A DNA stretch of 64,000 nucleotides from an uncultured Ignavibacteria bacterium (GTDB lineage Bacteria > Zixibacteria > MSB-5A5 > SM1-73): contig CAYOFL010000001.1 in assembly GCA_964403165.1 (NCBI GenBank), positions 6,521 through 70,520 of the forward strand. Reading direction: 5' to 3'. Positions 19,211 through 28,152 of this stretch are shown here, one piece after another. Every line of letters begins with the position of its first letter. The first letter of the stretch is position 1. The notes under the pieces are model-generated. The model was given only the letters and a program-made list of their open reading frames with translations. It made no database searches and was not told the origin of the DNA. Position numbers and translations under genes: made by a program.

Positions 19211-19735
19211 TTAATTATCAGTCTCCACAGATAATCCGCTCCTCTTCCATTCGTGCCATCCGCCAAAGAACACCTTCACGTCTTTATACCCCAGTTCCAG
19301 TAGTTCTCTTGCTAAAAGCAAGCTGGTTTCGCATTCGGTCCCATCACAGTAAGTTATGATCTCCCCATTTTGGGGAAGCTTTGGCAAAACCTGTGGAGCA
19401 AATTCCTCAAACTCCTCATAGGGAAAATTAATGGCTCCTTTGATATGTCCCGCCTTGTAATCCTCCGAATAACGGGAATCCAAGAAAACGGTGTTTTTTG
19501 ATTGAAATTTCATCACAGCGTAATCCAGACTGATAGCGGGAGGATCAACGTCCTCATCATAGCCATAGGGAACCACTAAGCTGTTAGAATTTACTTTGGG
19601 GTTCCAATTTCCCTTCAGAGCGATTCCACCGGGCGAGATGGCGTTGTAGATTAAACCTATGGCTGAACCAAAAAGAATTATGCCCAGTGTTTTGAAAAGA
19701 ACATGAGAAAGTTTAAGCTGGGTGAGCATTGGCAT
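19211..19735 (-). CDS. Membrane-anchored rhodanese-domain protein
   Basis: N-terminal TM helix. Rhodanese fold with active-site loop YCDGTECETS and GGWHEW near the C-terminus. Confidence 0.65.
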   Translation of the reverse strand: MPMLTQLKLSHVLFKTLGIILFGSAIGLIYNAISPGGIALKGNWNPKVNSNSLVVPYGYDEDVDPPAISLDYAVMKFQSKNTVFLDSRYSEDYKAGHIKGAINFPYEEFEEFAPQVLPKLPQNGEIITYCDGTECETSLLLARELLELGYKDVKVFFGGWHEWKRSGLSVETDN

Positions 19736-19742
19736 GGGAAGT

Positions 19743-20519
19743 TTATTCGCTTATAACCACTCCACTGATGGGGATGCTAACTCTGACTATCTTGGAGCCC
19801 TCAAAGTCCAGAGTCAAGGAGGTGTGAAGATTTCCTGAAGTCGCCTCCTTTTTCAACTTCAGGGTGATTTGAATGCTTTCGCCTGGATTAAGAGTTTTGC
19901 TTTCTAAGTCCATATCCACATTTTCTCCGGGACCTTCTATCAGGTCCACGGAAAGTTCTTCTCCAGAGATATTCTTAATTGTTAAGGTTCGCTTATCTTC
20001 GGTTCCCTGAGAGACGGTGTCAAAATTAAGCTCTGTGGGAGTAAGCTTAACTAAGGAGTTGCTCTTTCCTATCTTTGCGGTGAATTGCACCTCTGCAAAG
20101 GGATTGTTGGGATCTGTGGAGATTACCTGGAGTTTTTTGGTGGTTTCACCTTCCCTTATCTTTCTTGGGTCAAAAATAACCTTCATCTCTGTGGTCTCAT
20201 TGGGAGCTACTCTCTGTTTGGATAATGGTGTAGTGGTACAGCCGCAGGTGGTTCGGACTTTAACAATGATAAGCGTGTCTTGTCCGATGTTTTTAATCAG
20301 GTATGTGTGTGATACCCTCCCGGTCTTGGGAACATATCCAAAATCCCACATGTGCTCGGAGAAAGATATCTTTGCTTGGGATAGCTCTCCCTTTTGGGCA
20401 GATGTGGAAACGGCTGGGAGCAGAATGAAAAACAACACAAGATAGCTTTTCAGACCCGGGTTCTTCATAGAACAGCTCCTTGAAGCAATAAGAAGAAGTC
20501 CTACCTTAAAATACTTCAT
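19743..20519 (-). CDS. Secreted DUF1573 (ASH/PapD-like) domain protein, two repeats
   Basis: WDFGYVPKTGRVSHTYLIKNIGQDTLIIVKVRTTCGCTT is the DUF1573 signature. The likely start is the internal Met at 20468, which gives a signal peptide. Confidence 0.7.
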   Translation of the reverse strand: MKYFKVGLLLIASRSCSMKNPGLKSYLVLFFILLPAVSTSAQKGELSQAKISFSEHMWDFGYVPKTGRVSHTYLIKNIGQDTLIIVKVRTTCGCTTTPLSKQRVAPNETTEMKVIFDPRKIREGETTKKLQVISTDPNNPFAEVQFTAKIGKSNSLVKLTPTELNFDTVSQGTEDKRTLTIKNISGEELSVDLIEGPGENVDMDLESKTLNPGESIQITLKLKKEATSGNLHTSLTLDFEGSKIVRVSIPISGVVISE

Positions 20520-20690
20520 TCTTGTTACGAAGGTGAAAAAGCTGAAGTTGGTGGGAAAAGAAAACGGGGTTATTTTTTGCCAAAAATCTTTTAATTATTT
20601 CTTCAAAATAAACGTAGTGGTGAAACCTTCACAAATGTTGCAAAATTAGAATCTTGAGGCAGGATGAATGAGAGGTGCCGTTTTGCTCAG

Positions 20691-21176
20691 TTACAACTTG
20701 AACATTTCCAAAAGTTTTTTTCTTCTCAAGATGATTAACAACAAAGGATATCCCAAAACAAAGCAGGCTCCGATTTCACCTGTGGCAATGTAAGCCACGG
20801 TAAGCCAGTAAGGAAGCTGAAACAAAAAATGAAGATACAGGCTTACCCCTAATGCATTGACTATGACTGGTGGAAGGGGGGCTAAAATTGGCTTTCGGGT
20901 TCTGGACAAAAGATAGGTCAAAAAGGCGGCCAAAAGAGTGCACAGGCTTCCTCCCACTACATCGTAAATGCCCAGCCCACCGTAGATGTTTGCCACCACA
21001 CATCCGACGAAAAGCCCGGGTATGGCGGCGGCGGTCAGATAAGGAAGGACGGTCAAAGCTTCAGAGATACGCATCTGAATGGGCCCATAGCTTATGGGCG
21101 CCAGCGCGATGGTGACTGTCGCATACAGGCTGGCGATGATACCTACTTGAGCGATGTATCTAGTAGAAAAAGTCAA
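20691..21176 (-). CDS. queT: QueT-family queuosine-precursor transporter (ECF S component)
   Basis: PISYGPIQMRISEALTVLP and the overall 5-TM layout match the QueT family. The only available start is the TTG at 21176, abutting a tandem repeat. Confidence 0.7.
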   Translation of the reverse strand: MTFSTRYIAQVGIIASLYATVTIALAPISYGPIQMRISEALTVLPYLTAAAIPGLFVGCVVANIYGGLGIYDVVGGSLCTLLAAFLTYLLSRTRKPILAPLPPVIVNALGVSLYLHFLFQLPYWLTVAYIATGEIGACFVLGYPLLLIILRRKKLLEMFKL

Positions 21177-21288
21177 GGGTTCAAAAGTTCAAGGGTTCAA
21201 AGGTTCAAGGGTTCAAAAGTTCAAGGGTTCAAAGGTTCAAGGGTTCAAAAGTTCAAGGGTTCAAAAGTTCAAAGGTTCAAAAGTTCAA
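21172..21288. repeat. 8-bp tandem repeat (RRGTTCAA)n, about 14-15 units
   Basis: The run gggttcaa/aagttcaa/aggttcaa is read directly, and it touches the queT start codon. Confidence 0.9.
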
Positions 21289-21487
21289 TAAGTCTAAGCC
21301 CGGAATTCCAGACGCAGATCACACCAACAATAGTAAGAAGAAAGTCTTTTTGCAAATAATACCCTCATTAGATATAAATTCGGAATCTTTTTGTCAACAA
21401 AAAAAGCTTGCCTTTCTAAGGGCACTTGATTTATATTCAACCAGCAAGAACTCATATGAGTGAACTTTGGTCTCAGGAGAGTTAGCT

Positions 21488-22780
21488 ATGAAGATGTTAG
21501 TGGTAGGTGGTGGGGGCAGAGAGCACACCTTAGTCTGGAAGCTCGCCTCCAGCCCACTGGTGGATAAGCTCTTTGCCGCACCGGGGAATGCCGGAATGGC
21601 TGAGCTGGCTGAATGCGTTGACATAAAAGTGGAGAATCTAACCCCCCTAGCAGATTTTGCTGAAAAGAGTTCGATTGATCTGACCGTGGTAGGACCCGAG
21701 GTACCCTTAACTTTGGGGATCGTGGATGAATTTGAGAGAAGAGACTTAAAAGTTCTGGGACCAAAAAGATCAGCCGCTGAAATCGAAGGAAGTAAGGTGT
21801 TTGCCAAGGAGTTCATGAAAAAGTATCACATCCCCACCGCCAGCTTCAAGATATTCGATAATCCGGAAAAAGCTTCTGATTTCGTTAGGTCATCTGAGAT
21901 GCCTTTAGTCATCAAGGCAGATGGTCTGGCGGCAGGTAAAGGAGTGGTGGTGGTAGAAGATACCTCTTCTGCGCTTTCAACTATTAGGAAGATGATGGTG
22001 GAGAAAGTCTTTGGCCCGGCTGGATCTCGGGTGATGGTTGAAGATTTCTTAGAAGGGGAGGAGATCACCATTTTGGCTTTCACCGATGGCAAAGCCATTT
22101 CCCCCATGCTCTCATCGCAGGATCACAAGAAGATCTTTGAAGGTGACCTGGGTCCCAACACCGGAGGAATGGGAGCCTATGCCCCCACCACCGTGGTGGA
22201 TGATAAGATGATGAAGCGCATATCTGATGAGATACTGGAGCCTTCCGTAGCCGGGTTGGAGCGGGAGGGAAGGACTTTCAAAGGCATACTTTATGCCGGC
22301 TTGATGATTACGGATAGAGGTCCCAAGGTGATGGAGTTCAACTGCCGGTTCGGCGATCCAGAAACTCAGGTGATCCTTCCTCTTCTGAAAACTGATCTGG
22401 CTGAGATATTTTTATCCATGGGGGATGGAGAATTGTCCTTACAGGAGGTGGAGTGGGGCGAAAAATTCGCAGTGTGTGTGGTTTTAGCCTCAGCCGGGTA
22501 TCCGGGAAAATATCAAAGGGATAAGGAGATCTCCGGACTGAACAGAGCGAAACAAATGGAGGATGTGTTGATTTTCCATGCTGGAACCAAAAAGCAAAAG
22601 GGAAGAATCTTTACCAACGGAGGTAGGGTGTTGGGTGTGACCGCAACAGATAAAAGCATGGAGAAGGCGATTCAAAAAGTTTATTCCGCCATAGACAAAT
22701 TAGAATTTGAAGGGATGCAATATCGAAAAGACATAGGATACAGAGCCACCCGGGTCAAAAAAAGACTGTGGTGGGAGTAG
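21488..22780 (+). CDS. purD: Phosphoribosylamine-glycine ligase
   Basis: MKMLVVGGGGREHTLVWKL..., ATP-grasp motifs, GGMGAY. The ATG at 21488 follows RBS aggagag. Confidence 0.9.
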   Translation: MKMLVVGGGGREHTLVWKLASSPLVDKLFAAPGNAGMAELAECVDIKVENLTPLADFAEKSSIDLTVVGPEVPLTLGIVDEFERRDLKVLGPKRSAAEIEGSKVFAKEFMKKYHIPTASFKIFDNPEKASDFVRSSEMPLVIKADGLAAGKGVVVVEDTSSALSTIRKMMVEKVFGPAGSRVMVEDFLEGEEITILAFTDGKAISPMLSSQDHKKIFEGDLGPNTGGMGAYAPTTVVDDKMMKRISDEILEPSVAGLEREGRTFKGILYAGLMITDRGPKVMEFNCRFGDPETQVILPLLKTDLAEIFLSMGDGELSLQEVEWGEKFAVCVVLASAGYPGKYQRDKEISGLNRAKQMEDVLIFHAGTKKQKGRIFTNGGRVLGVTATDKSMEKAIQKVYSAIDKLEFEGMQYRKDIGYRATRVKKRLWWE

Positions 22781-22966
22781 AAACTGAAGAGGTTTCTCTT
22801 TTAGTAGTTAATTCCATAATCTACAATTTTCCGATTTGCCTTGCTCGCTTTGTTTTTTGAAAAAGAGCTTGTCCACCGAATCTTGCGATTGGACTCGGTA
22901 AGTCGAGCAACTGTATTCTTGCATAGCCTGTACGATCCGTAGTCTCTACCCATAAAGGGAAACAAA

Positions 22967-23431
22967 ATGTTGACTCCAAAAGTATTGATATTGATGGGGA
23001 GTAAGAAAGACCAAGAAGTTATGCTGAAAAGTGCAGAAATCCTTAAGGAATTTAAAATCCCCTATCAGGTGGAGGTCAGCTCTGCTCACCGCAATCCGGA
23101 GAGGATAAAAAAATTAGCCCAGAATGCAGAAAAGAAAGGGGTGAGGGTGATAATTGCTGGAGCAGGAATGGCGGCTCATCTTCCGGGTGTTGTCGCCTCT
23201 TACACCAATCTGCCAGTGATCGGCGTTCCTCTTTCTGCCTCTTCGCTTTCCGGAATAGACTCACTTTTCTCAATAGTTCAGATGCCGTCCGGAATACCGG
23301 TAGCAACCATGGCAATCGGCAAAGCTGGAGCAAAAAACGCTGCCATCCTTGCCGCCCAGATTTTAGCTCTGTCGGATGATCGCATAAAAAAAAGTGTAGA
23401 CGAATTCAGAAAGGAGTTGGGCAAGAAGTAA
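22967..23431 (+). CDS. purE: N5-carboxyaminoimidazole ribonucleotide mutase
   Basis: MGSKKD...SAHRNPE...AGAGMAAHLPGVVAS...PVIGVP. Confidence 0.9.
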   Translation: MLTPKVLILMGSKKDQEVMLKSAEILKEFKIPYQVEVSSAHRNPERIKKLAQNAEKKGVRVIIAGAGMAAHLPGVVASYTNLPVIGVPLSASSLSGIDSLFSIVQMPSGIPVATMAIGKAGAKNAAILAAQILALSDDRIKKSVDEFRKELGKK

Positions 23432-23491
23432 GGATAGAAATTCCTTTTTGATCGGACGGTCCTTCGTCCTCAAATCCTGAAAGGAGCGAAA

Positions 23492-24058
23492 ATGGGAGCG
23501 GTATTTTTGGTTCTTTTATTCATTTTCATTGTTCTGGGTGTGCCCCTTCTTATTCTCATCTTGTTGTATAACAAGCTGGTGAAGTTGAGAAATCGTGGCG
23601 AAAATGCCTGGCATCAGATAGATGTACAGTTGCAGAAGAGAGCGGATCTGGTGCCCAATTTGGTGGAGACGGTGAAAGGCTATGCCGCCCATGAAAAGAG
23701 AGTTTTCGAGGAGGTGACCAAAGCCAGATCCATCTATTCTCAAGCAGGATCTGTGAAAGAGAAAGCGGATGCCACCAATATGCTCACCTCCGCCTTAAAG
23801 ACCCTTTTCGCAGTGGTGGAGAATTATCCTGAGCTTAAAGCGAATCAGAATTTCCTTCTGCTTCAAGAGGAACTTTCGGGAATCGAAAGCAAGATAGCCT
23901 ATGCCCGGCAGTTCTATAACGACGTGGTGATGTCCTTCAACAACGCCCAGCAGGTTTTCCCTTCGAATATCATAGCCGGTTGGTTTGGCTTCAAGCCCAG
24001 AGAATATTTTGAGATCGAAGAGACCAAAAGGGAAGCCCCTAAGGTGGATTTTAAATAG
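23492..24058 (+). CDS. lemA: LemA family protein
   Basis: N-terminal TM helix, then YNKLVKLRN...[27 protein letters not shown], the typical LemA signature. Confidence 0.85.
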   Translation: MGAVFLVLLFIFIVLGVPLLILILLYNKLVKLRNRGENAWHQIDVQLQKRADLVPNLVETVKGYAAHEKRVFEEVTKARSIYSQAGSVKEKADATNMLTSALKTLFAVVENYPELKANQNFLLLQEELSGIESKIAYARQFYNDVVMSFNNAQQVFPSNIIAGWFGFKPREYFEIEETKREAPKVDFK

Positions 24059-24231
24059 GGAAATCTTTTCCGCTTTGAAAAAAACCTTTGAATAAAAGTG
24101 TTTGTCCAGCCCGGAGTTCTAAAGAAAGATCATTTTAATTTAAAAATGACGGATGGGGGGTCGTAAAGGTATCGGATTTATTTTCTGGTGAAAGTTTTAA
24201 GAAAGAAGAAAATAGGAAGCTTCAGAGATTT

Positions 24232-25110
24232 ATGGTTTACGAAGAGATTGCGGCTAACAGAAGAAGAAGCTTTGTTTTGATTTTTATTTTTGTGGTTTTT
24301 CTTTTGCTTCTGGGGTGGATATTTGGAGAGGCTTACGGCGCTGGGGGTGAGGGTGTTCTGATTGCCCTTATTATCGCCCTGTTTATTTCTCTTATCACAT
24401 TTTTCTACGGCGACAAAATGGTTTTGAGCATCAGCCGTGCCCGGCCAGTGGACAGAAAAAAGAATCCGTATCTGGCAAACGTGGTGGAAGGATTGGCTAT
24501 CGCAGCGGGAACACCAACTCCCAAGACTTATATCATCGAAGATTCGGCACCCAACGCTTTTGCTACTGGAAGGAAACCAGAGAATTCCTCCATTGCCGTT
24601 ACCACCGGGCTTTTAGAAAAGCTGAACCGTCTGGAGCTGGAAGGGGTAATCGCCCACGAGATGTCACACATTAAAAACTATGATATAAGATATGCCACAT
24701 TCGTGGTGATTATGGTGGGGACAGTGGCACTTCTTTCCGATTGGATGAGAAGGAGCTTTTTCTATCGAGGAAGAAGAAAAAGCAAAGCCGGTGGTGGAAT
24801 AATCATACTTATTGCTCTGGTTCTGGCGATCCTGGCGCCCATTGTAGCCCAGTTGATTAGACTTGCCATATCCAGACAGAGAGAATATTTAGCAGATGCG
24901 AATGGTGCACTTTTAACCAGATATCCAGAAGGTTTGGCTTCCGCTTTGGAGAAAATCTCCAAAGATACCGAGCCTTTAGAGACGGCAAATAAAGCCACCG
25001 CTCATCTTTACATTGTCAATCCTCTTCTGGAGCATAGAGGAAAGCTTAACACCCTTTTTTCCACCCACCCACCAGTGGAGGAGAGGATAGCTCGATTGAG
25101 AGCGATGTGA
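24232..25110 (+). CDS. M48-family zinc metalloprotease (HtpX-like)
   Basis: HEMSHIKNYD motif, four TM segments, C-terminal STHPPVEERI. Confidence 0.8.
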   Translation: MVYEEIAANRRRSFVLIFIFVVFLLLLGWIFGEAYGAGGEGVLIALIIALFISLITFFYGDKMVLSISRARPVDRKKNPYLANVVEGLAIAAGTPTPKTYIIEDSAPNAFATGRKPENSSIAVTTGLLEKLNRLELEGVIAHEMSHIKNYDIRYATFVVIMVGTVALLSDWMRRSFFYRGRRKSKAGGGIIILIALVLAILAPIVAQLIRLAISRQREYLADANGALLTRYPEGLASALEKISKDTEPLETANKATAHLYIVNPLLEHRGKLNTLFSTHPPVEERIARLRAM

Positions 25111-25248
25111 ACTCAAAATTTTTAGGCGCTTTATTGCCGACTTTAAAGGTGGAGTTTTATAATATCAATATATTTATTTAACGAAAAATGGCAAAGGTGC
25201 GAGGCAATAATGGAATGGTTTATTATGCTGGGAAGCAGAGGACAGAGT

Positions 25249-25290
25249 GTAATTACTCGATTTATCCAGCCCAATAAATTGGGCAACTAC
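25249..25290. repeat. Degenerate member of the GTAGTTGCTCGATT...GGCAACTAC element family
   Basis: GTAATTACTCGATTTATCCAGCCCAATaaATTGGGCAACTAC. Confidence 0.45.
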
Positions 25291-25358
25291 GGTTACAACT
25301 CCTGAAGTTGCTTCCGACAAAGACTATTGAGGCCCCTTATTGGATAAGGAGGTTGAAG

Positions 25359-26639
25359 ATGGCAAAAAAGCTTTTCATATTCGAAGATGATAAATATGAT
25401 CAGTTCCTTCCTCTAACCTATAATCGTCCGGTTTATGAGCTTCTCTGCGGGATGACCAAAATAAAGGATAAATTTAGCTCGTTTTTTCCTGATGCTGAGG
25501 TGATTTTTTTGTGTCTGGATTATCTGGAAAAGATATTGACGATCAAAATCGGACAAAAGGTTAATGAGTTTGTAATAAAAGACCAAGACCAGATTTTGTT
25601 AATCAATGGAAGAATTCTCCCCTCCCCGGGTTTTTCCGAGAAGGTGAATTTCTCTGGTGAGGAGAGGTTTTTCTTCCAGGACGATGATATGGTGGGGTGG
25701 GCTGGCAGGGGAGAGGCTTTCAAAACTCGGAAAAGTTCGTTTCAGTCCTTGTATGTTAAAGATCAGATTGAATTACTAAAATCTAAAATTGATTCCTTAA
25801 AAGTGGAAGTTAGCATAGTCAATTATCTGTGGGATATTGTATCCGAAAATAGCTTAAAGATCGAGGCTGATTTTAAGAGAATTAAACCAAGTTTGGATTT
25901 CAAGAACATGTTCAAACATAGTCAGGTGGACGACGACGCGTTGATTTATGACGTGGAAAAAGTGTATATCGGAAAAGGCTCGCAAATAGATGGACAGGTG
26001 GTGTTGGATGCTCGGAATGGTTCTATATTTATCGGGGATAGAGTAAGCATCCAGCCTCATACCCGGGTGATGGGACCATGCTATATTGGTGAAGATTCCA
26101 TCCTGGTGGGTGGCAAGATCGAAGGGGGGACAAGCATTGGACCGGTCTGTAGAATCGGTGGAGAGGTGGAGGGGTCGATCTTTTTGGGATATTCCAATAA
26201 ATACCATGAAGGATTTCTGGGACATTCTTATGTGGGTGAATGGGTAAATCTGGGTGCTTTGACCACTAACAGCGATCTGAAAAATAACTACAGCCCAGTC
26301 AAGGCGATGGTTAACGGTAATCTGGTTGACTCTGGACTGACAAAGGTGGGCGCATTCATAGGCGATCACGTCAAAACGGGGATTGGAACCTTGCTCAATA
26401 CCGGGATCTCCATAGGCTTTGCTTCTAATTTATTTGGAGGAGGAATGATCCATCAGAAGTACATCCCTGCTTTCATCTGGGGAAGTGCGGAAAAACAAGA
26501 AGAATACAATATAGAAAAGGCAATCCAGACCGCCAGGATAGTGATGAAAAGAAGAAATTCAGAATTGATGACTGATGAGGTTAATTTATTCAAGAAGATA
26601 TCCCAACTGACCGAAAAAGAGAGAAGAAGAGTTAGCTAA
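25359..26639 (+). CDS. Putative sugar nucleotidyltransferase with left-handed beta-helix (GlmU-like) C-terminal half
   Basis: N-terminal FEDDKYDQFLPLTYNRPVYELLCG (nucleotidyltransferase-like). Hexapeptide-repeat stretch IGDRVSIQP...IGEDSILVGG...IGPVCRIGG. The ATG at 25359 follows RBS aaggagg. Confidence 0.5.
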   Translation: MAKKLFIFEDDKYDQFLPLTYNRPVYELLCGMTKIKDKFSSFFPDAEVIFLCLDYLEKILTIKIGQKVNEFVIKDQDQILLINGRILPSPGFSEKVNFSGEERFFFQDDDMVGWAGRGEAFKTRKSSFQSLYVKDQIELLKSKIDSLKVEVSIVNYLWDIVSENSLKIEADFKRIKPSLDFKNMFKHSQVDDDALIYDVEKVYIGKGSQIDGQVVLDARNGSIFIGDRVSIQPHTRVMGPCYIGEDSILVGGKIEGGTSIGPVCRIGGEVEGSIFLGYSNKYHEGFLGHSYVGEWVNLGALTTNSDLKNNYSPVKAMVNGNLVDSGLTKVGAFIGDHVKTGIGTLLNTGISIGFASNLFGGGMIHQKYIPAFIWGSAEKQEEYNIEKAIQTARIVMKRRNSELMTDEVNLFKKISQLTEKERRRVS

Positions 26640-26877
26640 CCTGCCACTTGGCTAAGCATTACCGAAGTTTGTTCTTTCGTCTCGTCCCCAAAACGATAAG
26701 AATGGAAGCGTCCAAGTCTGTGCAGATCAAAAAGGTTCGATTCAACTTTTGAAATATCAGAAAGTGAAATTTGAGAGGATGGTTTCAAAAAAAAGTGACC
26801 CTCTATATAGAGGAGGGAGGGGGTAGCCGCAGGCTTTAGGGCGTGTTGAAAAAGCCATTTTGTCGAGAAGTTTTTAC

Positions 26878-26939
26878 GTAGGAACAGGGCTTGTCCCTGT
26901 CCTAACTCTAAGGAGGACAGCCACAAGGGCTGTCCCTAC
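26878..26939. repeat. REP family A doublet (solo copy A3)
   Basis: GTAGGAACAGGGCTTGTCCCTGTCC...GGACAGCCACAAGGGCTGTCCCTAC, about 11 kb from RAYT1. Confidence 0.8.
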
Positions 26940-27128
26940 GATTACTTCTTCTTCCCGATTAAAGCATGTAAGGCACTTTTTCAACAGTCCCTTTAGCCTG
27001 CGGGGCAAGAGTGAAAAGATGGGAAACTTCTTCAGATATTTTTGTTGACATAATGAGGAGAGGAATATATCCTTTTTGATTGAAGAAGGATAAAGCTCTT
27101 CACGCTGTGCTTATTTCAGGAGGGAAGA

Positions 27129-28130
27129 GTGCCAGAACTTAGAAAAGACCCTGTAATCGGCAGATGGGTGATCATATCCACAGAAAGAGGAAAAAGACCA
27201 TCAGACTTTTCCGGTGCTCCCAAAAGAAGAAGGGAAAGCAAACTTTGTCCGTTTTGCCAGGGCAATGAGTCCGCCACCCCACCGGAGATTTTGGTTCTTC
27301 GTTCGGATTCATCAAAGCCTAACAAGCCGGGCTGGACCTTGAGGGTCATTTCAAACAAATATCCAGCTTTGCGAATTGAGGGGAATCTGAATCGAGAAGG
27401 AGTGGGAATCTTCGATAAGATGAACGGTGTAGGAGCACATGAGGTAATAATAGAGACGCCGGAACATGATAAGGACTTAGTAGATCTTAACCTCACGCAG
27501 ATGCAGGATGTCATCTGGGCTTATCGGGAAAGAACCCTGGATCTGAAAAAGGACCCTCGCTTCCGATACATATTAATTTTCAAGAATCAAGGAGAAACCG
27601 CCGGCGCATCTTTGGAACACAGTCATAGTCAGCTTATCGCCACTCCAATTGTCCCCAAAAGGGTGATAGAGGAGATGGAGGGTGCCAGCAAATATTATGG
27701 CTACAAGGAGAGGTGTATTTTTTGTGACATCATAAAACAAGAGATCTCTGATGATGAGCGTGTGGTGATTCAAAACGACTCCTTCATCTCGCTGGAACCT
27801 TTCGCCCCCAGATTTCCTTTTGAAACCTGGATTTTGCCGAAAAAACACTTACCCGCTTTTGAAGACATCAAAAAAGAAAGTATTCCAGAGTTGGCTTCCA
27901 TACTTTTGGAAACTCTCCAGAGACTGGCTAAGGCGTTGAATAATCCGCCATATAACTATGTTCTGCACACCAGTCCCGTGGGTAACGATTACACCGAAGA
28001 ATATCACTGGCATATTGAGATCATGCCCAAATTAACTAGAGTGGCGGGTTTTGAATGGGGAACTGGCTTTTACATAAATCCCACCACCCCGGAGGATGCG
28101 GCCGCATATTTGAAAGAAATAGAAATCTAA
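27129..28130 (+). CDS. GalT-like HIT-family hexose-1-phosphate nucleotidyltransferase (possibly an ADP-glucose phosphorylase-type enzyme)
   Basis: CPFC zinc motif, active-site HSHSQL (HxHxQ), duplicated half-barrel layout. GTG start. Confidence 0.7.
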   Translation: MPELRKDPVIGRWVIISTERGKRPSDFSGAPKRRRESKLCPFCQGNESATPPEILVLRSDSSKPNKPGWTLRVISNKYPALRIEGNLNREGVGIFDKMNGVGAHEVIIETPEHDKDLVDLNLTQMQDVIWAYRERTLDLKKDPRFRYILIFKNQGETAGASLEHSHSQLIATPIVPKRVIEEMEGASKYYGYKERCIFCDIIKQEISDDERVVIQNDSFISLEPFAPRFPFETWILPKKHLPAFEDIKKESIPELASILLETLQRLAKALNNPPYNYVLHTSPVGNDYTEEYHWHIEIMPKLTRVAGFEWGTGFYINPTTPEDAAAYLKEIEI

Positions 28131-28152
28131 AAATTTAATCTAAGGGGGAAAC

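Noticed and set aside
21177-21480. Expected preQ1 riboswitch upstream of queT
   Set aside because: Reading the minus strand, I could not find the conserved hairpin plus A-rich/CTAAGG-type tail of the preQ1-I class or motifs of the other classes. The region is dominated by the 8-bp repeat. I leave it as a check rather than a call.
26636-26926. 96-aa minus-strand track ORF after the nucleotidyltransferase gene
   Set aside because: Its N-terminal part is encoded by REP A3. The rest has no recognisable motif, RBS or partner, so it is most likely non-coding intergenic sequence.
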